Assembly: GCA_963676925.1 (NCBI GenBank)
Contig: OY781473.1
Span: forward strand, 1,218,397 to 1,250,396
DNA from: an uncultured Desulfobacterium sp.
Lineage (GTDB): Bacteria; Desulfobacterota; Desulfobacteria; Desulfobacterales; Desulfobacteraceae
Length of the DNA: 32,000 nt
Reading direction: 5' to 3'
Positions 25,425 to 32,000 of the stretch are shown here, in pieces; positions within the stretch are counted from its first letter, which is position 1; each line of letters starts with the position of its first letter. A program made the translations under genes and the position numbers. The notes under the pieces were generated by a model. The model worked only from the letters and a program-made list of their open reading frames with translations. It made no database searches and had not been told where the DNA came from.

Positions 25425-26822
25425 ATGGCACCATGGGTAAATCCTGGACTACTGCATAAACGAACGGGCAAAATGGCGGCCCTTATCTGCATAGCCATTG
25501 TTGTGTTTGCAGCCTGGCAGGGTGTCATTCGTGGCGCATCCATGGCGAATTTTCTGATCAGTTCATCATGGGGCAAGGGGTTTGTTCTATTTTGCGGCGT
25601 TTTCATGGTACTCACCTTTGCTGAACTGGTATGGCGGATCGTGCTGGTGTTGATGTACAGGCCCATTGAAAGCTGCGAAGATGATCTTCTTCCGGAATGT
25701 ACCATAATTGTTCCTGCCTACAACGAGGGCAGACAGGTTTTTGTAACCCTTGAAAGCCTTGCGGCCAGCGATTATCCCAGGGATAAATTCAAGATAATTG
25801 CCGTGGACGACGGAAGTGTGGATGATACCTGGAAATGGATTCAAAAGGCCAAAAGGAGTCTGGGAAACAGAATCACCACCATCAAACAGCCCTGCAACAG
25901 GGGAAAACGCCATGCCCTCTATGCCGGTTTCAAACAAAGCGTTGGAGAGGTTCTGGTCACCGTTGACAGTGACTCAACGGTGGATACGGACACCCTGAGA
26001 AATATGGTAACCCCTTTTGTTGTGGATCGAAACGTGGGTGCTGTTGCGGGAAATGTAAGGGTTTTAAATATGGACAAAGGGATTATCCCCAAAATGCTGG
26101 ATGTGGTATTTGTCTACAGCTTTGATTTTATCCGTGCAAGCCAGAGCATGGTCAAGGCGGTGATGTGCACCCCTGGCGCACTGTCAGCCTACCGCAGGGA
26201 TGTGGTGATGGATGTACTGCACGAATGGCTGAATCAGAAATTTTGCGGTCAGCCGGCCAACATTGGCGAAGACCGTGCAATGACCAACCTGATCCTCAGG
26301 CAGGGACACCACGTCCTGTTTCAACAAAATGCCAGGGTCTATACCGAAGCCCCGGTCAAGTACGTGACCCTCTGCAAGATGTATCTGAGATGGGCAAGAA
26401 GCAATATCCGTGAAACCATTGCCATGACCCGCTTTATCTTCAAGCCCTTCCGCAAGGGATCCAAGATCGGGGCAAGAATCAACCTTGTTTCCGGCTGGAT
26501 GGCGCTGACCAAGGCCCAGCTTTTCCTTGTGATCACCTGGGGATTGATTATCTGGCATCCCATGACCTTTGGCGTGAATACAATGCTTGGGGTCATTATC
26601 TCTTCAAGCCTGGCCGCAACGTTATATGCATGGAAATTTGGTCGGTTTTCTTCCCTGTGGGCCTTTGTTTATGGATTTTACTTTTTTACCTCCCTGTTCT
26701 GGATCAGACCCTATGCACTGATGACGCCCCATAAATCAGGCTGGCTGACACGCCAGGTTGAATCTCGACCCGCCAGTCGTGCAAAAAATGTATTTTTGCA
26801 AAAAGTCAAAACAGCAGCATGA
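25425..26822 (+). CDS. Membrane-integrated processive family-2 glycosyltransferase (hyaluronan/chitin-oligosaccharide/PNAG-synthase-like)
   Basis: GT2 motifs run in order: VPAYNE, AVDDGSVDDT, TVDSDS, GEDRAMT and the LRWARS (QxxRW-type) motif. TM helices flank the catalytic domain, and an AGGAGG SD is present. Confidence 0.88.
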   Translation: MAPWVNPGLLHKRTGKMAALICIAIVVFAAWQGVIRGASMANFLISSSWGKGFVLFCGVFMVLTFAELVWRIVLVLMYRPIESCEDDLLPECTIIVPAYNEGRQVFVTLESLAASDYPRDKFKIIAVDDGSVDDTWKWIQKAKRSLGNRITTIKQPCNRGKRHALYAGFKQSVGEVLVTVDSDSTVDTDTLRNMVTPFVVDRNVGAVAGNVRVLNMDKGIIPKMLDVVFVYSFDFIRASQSMVKAVMCTPGALSAYRRDVVMDVLHEWLNQKFCGQPANIGEDRAMTNLILRQGHHVLFQQNARVYTEAPVKYVTLCKMYLRWARSNIRETIAMTRFIFKPFRKGSKIGARINLVSGWMALTKAQLFLVITWGLIIWHPMTFGVNTMLGVIISSSLAATLYAWKFGRFSSLWAFVYGFYFFTSLFWIRPYALMTPHKSGWLTRQVESRPASRAKNVFLQKVKTAA

Positions 26823-26852
26823 CAGATTGCATCTGACCGTTTTTAAAAGGAC

Positions 26853-26894
26853 GGCCTGGGACCGGGTTATCTTAACCGGTCCCAGGCCTTTTTT
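26853..26894. terminator. Bidirectional rho-independent terminator between the convergent GT2 gene and htpX
   Basis: A 13-bp perfect stem (GGCCTGGGACCGG / CCGGTCCCAGGCC) is followed by TTTTTT on the plus strand and by CCTTTT on the minus strand. Its 3' arm overlaps the last htpX codons. Confidence 0.7.
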
Positions 26895-27796
26895 GCTTCC
26901 GTGTTCATATCCCGTTGTCGGGTTGCCGCATCCCGGTTGCCAGTGCCCCTGTCTGAACCCTGGCGCAGGCGCGCAATCCGGTTTTCCAGGGGCGGATGGG
27001 TTGAAAAAAGGTTCATCAGGGTGCTACCGGACAGGGGACTTACGGTGAATATATGGGCAGTGGACGGATTGGCCTGCATGGGAATCCGCTTTGAATAGGC
27101 GCCCAGCTTTTCAAGGGCACGGGCCAGGCCTTCGGGATTTTCTGAAATTGCCGCGCCAGTCTCGTCAGCCAGGTATTCCCTTGAGCGGGATATGGCCATT
27201 TGAATGACCATTGCAGCCATGGGGGCAATAATGGACAGGGCGATCAACCCGATGACACTGGAGCCACCTTCATCGTCGCTGGACCGTGCTCCGCCGAAAA
27301 TGGCCCCCCAGCGGGCCATGCTCGCCAGCATCATGATGGCACCGGCCATGGTTGCCGCAATGGTGCCGATGAGAATATCCCGGTTTCGCACGTGGGCCAG
27401 TTCATGGGCCAGAACACCTGTGATTTCCTGCTCGTTCAAAAGATTTAAAAGACCTTCGGTCACTGCAACCACGGCATGGTCAGGATTCCGGCCAGTGGCA
27501 AAGGCATTGGGCGTGTCCTGGGGAATGATAAAGATTCTGGGCATGGGCAGGTTTGCCCTTTGGGTCAGCCGTTGAACAATTGCATACAGACCATGGGCGC
27601 TTTGTGGCGTGACCTCCCGGGCCTGATACATTTTCAATACGATTTTATCAGAATACCAATAACTTGCAAAATTCATCACACCGGCAAAAACCAGAGCAAT
27701 CATCATGCCCTGATTGCCGCCCAGCATTTGCCCGATAACCATCATCAATGCGGTCATGGCAGCCAGCAGAACGGTTGTTCGAATAATATTTCCCAT
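26867..27796 (-). CDS. htpX: Zinc metalloprotease HtpX (M48 family)
   Basis: It has the HELAHVRNRD zinc motif, N-terminal TM helices and typical HtpX length and organisation. Confidence 0.92.
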   Translation of the reverse strand: MGNIIRTTVLLAAMTALMMVIGQMLGGNQGMMIALVFAGVMNFASYWYSDKIVLKMYQAREVTPQSAHGLYAIVQRLTQRANLPMPRIFIIPQDTPNAFATGRNPDHAVVAVTEGLLNLLNEQEITGVLAHELAHVRNRDILIGTIAATMAGAIMMLASMARWGAIFGGARSSDDEGGSSVIGLIALSIIAPMAAMVIQMAISRSREYLADETGAAISENPEGLARALEKLGAYSKRIPMQANPSTAHIFTVSPLSGSTLMNLFSTHPPLENRIARLRQGSDRGTGNRDAATRQRDMNTEAKKAWDRLR

Positions 27797-27857
27797 TGCT
27801 TTTTTCTCTCTGATAGATTTAATTTAGACTCATGGTTATACCTGTACGATATTCATA

Positions 27858-27886
27858 ATATTATGAAGGGGAGCCATTCTTGTCAA
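27858..27886 (-). promoter_or_regulatory. Near-consensus sigma-70 promoter for htpX: TTGACA, 17-nt spacer, TAATAT
   Basis: The minus strand reads TTGACAagaatggctccccttcaTAATAT, about 60 nt upstream of the htpX ATG. Confidence 0.5.
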
Positions 27887-28420
27887 CGGGGTCTTTCGGA
27901 AAAACAAGCAAACCCGAAGCTCTGGCCTGGCAACGACACAAAAAGGCCCAGGGTTGAATCGGCCAAACCATTCCCCAGAATTATGCCATTGTGTATGATC
28001 CAGTGGCAATGCCAAGGGTCAGATCGCCTCCACAATGGTACGGCTTGCTTCCAACCGCATAACAACGTCTATGTTATTACACCGCCCCCCACCTTCTATT
28101 TCCATCAGGCCATGGAAAAAAAAGAGACAGTTATAATCTATCTTTTTGACTGGACACGTTCCAGGAAGACAGATGGAATCATATTGGGCAATAAAAACCT
28201 GTTTAGGCCGGGACCTGGTTTACGATGGATATCATCACTATTCAGATTACCGTTACAATCGATTCCTTTGTATTTTTCAAAAGGTTTTACTTCGTATGAT
28301 GCCCTCTTTACATTGCCCGGGCCATGCTTATTATTTTCATCTTGAACAATTGTTAAAAACCATGAAAAAACCCCCTTGTGCAAACGGGTTTAATATATTT
28401 AGCCAACGGAAACCAGCACC

Positions 28421-31330
28421 ATGAAAAACGGCCAATCCGCAATGGAATCCATCATAGAAGACATCAAACCCCGGAAGACCATGGAACTTGACACCATCAT
28501 CGTCAAGGGAGCCCGGGAGCACAACCTGAAAAACATCGATGTAACACTTCCCAAGAAACAGCTCATCGTGTTCACCGGGGTATCGGGATCCGGCAAATCA
28601 AGCCTTGCCTTTGACACCATCTTTGCCGAAGGGCAGCGCCGCTACGTGGAATCGCTCTCCTCCTATGCCCGGCAGTTCATCGGCCAGATGGAAAAGCCCA
28701 AGTACGACACCATCCGTGGGCTTTCCCCCACCATTGCCATCGAACAAAAGGCTGCCAGCAAGAACCCGAGATCCACCGTGGGAACCATCACCGAGATCTA
28801 CGACTACCTCAGGGTGCTCTTTGCCAGGATCGGCACCCAGTACTGTTTTCAATGCGGCAAAAAGGTCGGCCAGGGCAATGCCGAGACCATGGTCTCCCAG
28901 ATCCTTGGCCTTCCCCTGGGTTCCAAGATCCTGGTCATGGCGCCCATTGTTGAGAACCGGAAGGGCGAACACCGGGACCGGCTGGGCGATCTCAAACAAG
29001 AGGGGTTTGCCAGAGTCAGGATCAACGGCGTGGTCCAGGATCTTGCCGATGTACAGACCCTGCCCAAGAACAAAAAGCACAACATCGAGGTGGTGGTGGA
29101 CCGCCTGGTCATCAAGCAGGACCCGGCATTCACAAAGCGCCTCACCGACTCGGTGGAGACAGCCCTTAAACTTGGCAACGGCCGGCTCTTTGTCCACATC
29201 CCGGGCCGGGAAGACCTCAAGATGAGCGAGGCCCGTTCCTGCTGCGGCATGGCCTATCCCGAGCTTGTGCCCCAGCTCTTTTCGTTCAACTCACCCCTTG
29301 GCATGTGCTCGGAATGCAATGGTATCGGCACCCTCCTGTCCATGGACGTAAACAAGGTCGTTGCCGACCCCAGTCTCACAATCCGCCAGGGGGCCGTTAT
29401 TCCATGGAAAAACTATTTCCTGAAGAACCCCCGTTATACCAACAGCTCCTGGGGCAAAGAACAGCTCCTGGCCATGGAAGAGCAGTGGGGTCTGGATTAT
29501 GACACCCCGTGGAAGGATCTTCCACGGGACCAGAAGGACCTCATCCTGTTCGGCTCCAACGGCAGGGAACTGACCGTCAACTGGAACTCGGCCAAGATCC
29601 AGGGGGCAGTGACCATGTCCCACGAGGGGGTGCTCAACACCCTCATGCGCCGGTACCGGTCCACCCAGTCCGAGGGGTCCAAACGGTACTATTCAGGCTT
29701 CATGACGTCCAAACCCTGTCCTGTGTGCCAGGGGCGACGCCTCAAGCAAGAGGTGCTCCACGTCATGATCAACGGCCGTTCGATCATTGATCTCACCGAA
29801 ATGACCATCCAGGAGGCCCATGAATTCATCTCACGCCTTGAGCTTCAAGGCAACCAGCTGCTCATTGCCGAAGAGCTGTTAAAGGAGATCCAGGACCGCC
29901 TGGGATTCCTTGTAAACGTTGGGCTTGACTATCTTTCACTGGACCGGAACGGCCCCACCCTGTCCGGCGGTGAATCCCAGAGGATACGGCTGGCCTCCCA
30001 GATCGGTTCCGAGCTCACCGGCGTTCTTTACATCCTGGATGAACCCTCCATCGGCCTGCACCAGCGGGACAATGGAAAGCTGCTCAAGACCCTCCACCAC
30101 CTCCGGGACATCGGCAACACCCTCATCGTTGTTGAACACGACCAGGAAACCATGGAGAAGAGCGACTGGATCGTGGACATCGGCCCGGGTGCAGGGCACC
30201 TTGGGGGCCAGATCGTGGCCCAGGGCACCCCGGACCAGATTAAACAAGATCCCATGTCCATCACGGGCCGGTTCCTCAACATGACCGAAACCATTGAGAT
30301 TCCGGAACAAAGACGCACTCCCAGGCAAATGGGCAACCGCTTTGTCACCATCAAGGGGGCCACGGAAAACAACCTGAAAAACGTCACGGCCAAAATCCCC
30401 CTGGGGCTGGTCGTTGCCGTCACCGGGGTTTCAGGGGCCGGAAAATCCACCCTCATCAACCAGATCCTCTACCCGGCCCTGGCCGTAACACTCAACAAGG
30501 CCACCCTGGAGGTTGGTCGTCACCGGGCCATCACCGGCCTTGAGCACCTGGACAAGATTATCAACATCGACCAGAAGCCCATCGGCAGGACCCCAAGGAG
30601 CAACCCTGCCACCTACACCAAGGTGTTTGATCCCATACGGGAACTGTTTGCCAGCCTTCCAGAGGCAAAGGCCAGGGGATATCAAAAGGGACGCTTCTCG
30701 TTCAACGTCAAGGGCGGCCGGTGCGAGGCCTGCCACGGGGACGGTTACATCAAGGTGGAGATGCACTTTCTGGCGGACGTGTTTGTTCCCTGCGAGGTGT
30801 GCCACGGAAAACGGTTCAATACCGCCACCCTGGAGATCAAGTACAAGGACCATTCCATTGCCGATGTCCTCGACCTTTCCGTGGTCCAGGCCATGGAGTT
30901 GTTCAAGAACCACCCGAAAATCCGGACCATCCTCACCACCCTCATGGATGTGGGGCTGACCTATGTCAAGCTGGGCCAGGCCGCAACCACCCTTTCAGGC
31001 GGCGAGGCCCAGCGCATCAAGCTTGCCCGGGAGCTTGCCAAAAGGGATACGGGCAAGACCCTCTACATCCTGGACGAACCCACCACGGGACTTCATTTCC
31101 AGGATGTCAAACTGCTCCTGAAAGTTCTCCAGCGGCTCTCCCTTGCCGGTAACACCGTGATCATCATCGAGCATAACCTGGACGTGATCAAAACCGCGGA
31201 CTGGATCATCGATCTTGGCCCGGAGGGGGGCCACAGGGGCGGTGAGATCATTGCCCAGGGGTCTCCTGAACAGGTTGCCCGATCAAAGCAGAGCTACACC
31301 GGGCATTTTCTGAAAAAAATGCTGGTCTAG
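28421..31330 (+). CDS. uvrA: Excinuclease ABC subunit A
   Basis: It aligns by eye with E. coli UvrA from GAREHNLKNI onward. Both ABC modules (GVSGSGKSSLAFDT, GVSGAGKSTL, LSGGE x2) and the zinc-finger cysteines are present. ATG 28481 (MELDTIIVKGAR) is an equally plausible start. Confidence 0.95.
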   Translation: MKNGQSAMESIIEDIKPRKTMELDTIIVKGAREHNLKNIDVTLPKKQLIVFTGVSGSGKSSLAFDTIFAEGQRRYVESLSSYARQFIGQMEKPKYDTIRGLSPTIAIEQKAASKNPRSTVGTITEIYDYLRVLFARIGTQYCFQCGKKVGQGNAETMVSQILGLPLGSKILVMAPIVENRKGEHRDRLGDLKQEGFARVRINGVVQDLADVQTLPKNKKHNIEVVVDRLVIKQDPAFTKRLTDSVETALKLGNGRLFVHIPGREDLKMSEARSCCGMAYPELVPQLFSFNSPLGMCSECNGIGTLLSMDVNKVVADPSLTIRQGAVIPWKNYFLKNPRYTNSSWGKEQLLAMEEQWGLDYDTPWKDLPRDQKDLILFGSNGRELTVNWNSAKIQGAVTMSHEGVLNTLMRRYRSTQSEGSKRYYSGFMTSKPCPVCQGRRLKQEVLHVMINGRSIIDLTEMTIQEAHEFISRLELQGNQLLIAEELLKEIQDRLGFLVNVGLDYLSLDRNGPTLSGGESQRIRLASQIGSELTGVLYILDEPSIGLHQRDNGKLLKTLHHLRDIGNTLIVVEHDQETMEKSDWIVDIGPGAGHLGGQIVAQGTPDQIKQDPMSITGRFLNMTETIEIPEQRRTPRQMGNRFVTIKGATENNLKNVTAKIPLGLVVAVTGVSGAGKSTLINQILYPALAVTLNKATLEVGRHRAITGLEHLDKIINIDQKPIGRTPRSNPATYTKVFDPIRELFASLPEAKARGYQKGRFSFNVKGGRCEACHGDGYIKVEMHFLADVFVPCEVCHGKRFNTATLEIKYKDHSIADVLDLSVVQAMELFKNHPKIRTILTTLMDVGLTYVKLGQAATTLSGGEAQRIKLARELAKRDTGKTLYILDEPTTGLHFQDVKLLLKVLQRLSLAGNTVIIIEHNLDVIKTADWIIDLGPEGGHRGGEIIAQGSPEQVARSKQSYTGHFLKKMLV

Positions 31331-31360
31331 TGGAACAACTCACATTAAGATACAGGCCAT

Positions 31361-32000
31361 ATGGCTGACGACGACAAAAACAAATGGCTGATCTTTGCCT
31401 GCGTGGCCCTGGGGGTCTTCATGTCCACCCTGGACTCGAGCATCGTTAACATTGCCCTGCCCTATATCATGCAGGACATGGGAACAGGGCTTGAAACCAT
31501 TCAATGGGTGGTGGTGGTCTATCTGCTGACCATCTCTTCGCTGCTGCTGACCTTTGGCCGGCTGAGCGACATCCGGGGCAAGCGGATGGTATACACGGGT
31601 GGATTCCTCATATTTACAGCGGGCTCGTTTCTGTGCGCCATGGCCCGCACCCCGATCTTTCTGATCATCTCCCGGGCCGTACAGGCCTGCGGCGCAGCAA
31701 TGCTCATGGCATGCTCGCCGGCCCTGATCGTGGATACCTTCCCGGTCAGGGAGCGGGGCAAGGCCCTGGGCATGGTGGGAGCCGTGGTGGCGGCAGGCCT
31801 CACGGCCGGCCCTGTGGCGGGCGGGATTCTCCTGGATCTGTTTTCATGGCGGTTCATCTTCTATATCAACATCCCCATCGGCATTGGTTCGGCCCTGGCC
31901 GGAACCCTCATCCTCAGGACCCCCCGGACCAACCACGGCAACCTTGAACCCATGGACAAAACCGGCAGCCTCCTGCTGGCCGTCAGCCTGGTCTGCCTGC
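31361..32000 (+). CDS. MFS transporter, DHA2 (EmrB/QacA-like) family, N-terminal 213 codons (3' end lies outside the window)
   Basis: I translated it by hand from ATG 31361, since it is not in the ORF track. It reads MADDDKNKWLIFACVALGVFMSTLDSSIVNIALP, then GRLSDIRGKR, then successive TM helices, open to the window edge. Confidence 0.85.
   Translation, partial: MADDDKNKWLIFACVALGVFMSTLDSSIVNIALPYIMQDMGTGLETIQWVVVVYLLTISSLLLTFGRLSDIRGKRMVYTGGFLIFTAGSFLCAMARTPIFLIISRAVQACGAAMLMACSPALIVDTFPVRERGKALGMVGAVVAAGLTAGPVAGGILLDLFSWRFIFYINIPIGIGSALAGTLILRTPRTNHGNLEPMDKTGSLLLAVSLVCL

Noticed and set aside
25148-25705. 185-aa minus-strand ORF spanning the divergent control region and the GT2 5' end.
   Set aside because: It is antisense to a well-supported GT2 start with a low-complexity translation, and it would run through the sigma-54 promoter.
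27476-28345. 289-aa plus-strand ORF crossing the htpX 5' end and the intergenic region.
   Set aside because: Its first half is antisense to htpX. The remainder has a Cys/Trp/His-rich translation, no SD at the internal ATG 27864 (which sits inside the htpX promoter) and atypical codon usage.
28138-28383. 81-aa minus-strand ORF upstream of uvrA.
   Set aside because: It has a TTG start, no SD and no in-frame ATG until near its end, and I recognise no family. It could be a gene remnant, but that is not supportable.
1-32000. A scan for tRNA/rRNA genes, CRISPR repeats, IS elements with terminal inverted repeats, integrases and toxin-antitoxin pairs.
   Set aside because: Nothing recognisable was found by eye in the intergenic regions. 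All longer non-coding stretches are accounted for as promoters or leaders, except 27887-28420.

Overview
The window is a chromosomal segment with gene content typical of a sulfate-reducing Desulfobacterota (Desulfobacterales-like) genome; that placement is an inference from protein families only. I support about 27 protein-coding genes and found no rRNA, tRNA, CRISPR array, transposase or integrase. Genes left to right: CoA-transferase fragment, 109-aa unknown, SDR/DUF2867, ychF, AIM24-family, Cache-type MCP, a minus-strand run (nitrilase-like amidohydrolase, short rho, B12-radical SAM, RNase H-fold exonuclease, alpha-oxoamine synthase, HTH-like unknown, dusB, 125-aa unknown), then HAD-hgcA-hgcB-ATP-grasp, a strictosidine-synthase-like protein, pta, a lower-GC block (sigma-54 response regulator, lipoprotein, histidine kinase, divergent family-2 glycosyltransferase), htpX, uvrA and a partial MFS transporter. 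Main points for follow-up: (1) hgcAB, the mercury-methylation pair, sits in a tightly coupled four-gene operon. The conserved-looking HgcA N-terminus lies upstream of the first canonical start and is reachable only from an ATG at 15611 through an in-frame TGA that directly follows a Cys codon and precedes a SECIS-like hairpin. This makes a candidate Cys-Sec HgcA. (2) A two-component system with an embedded lipoprotein is flanked by near-consensus sigma-54 promoters aimed at a stand-alone processive GT2 synthase and at pta. (3) The MCP is separated from its own N-terminal transmembrane helix by an in-frame TAA. (4) Rho lacks the N-terminal helix bundle. (5) An exonuclease, B12-radical SAM and alpha-oxoamine synthase cluster has no obvious shared function. 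All family assignments come from reading the translations and from memory of the families; no searches were run.
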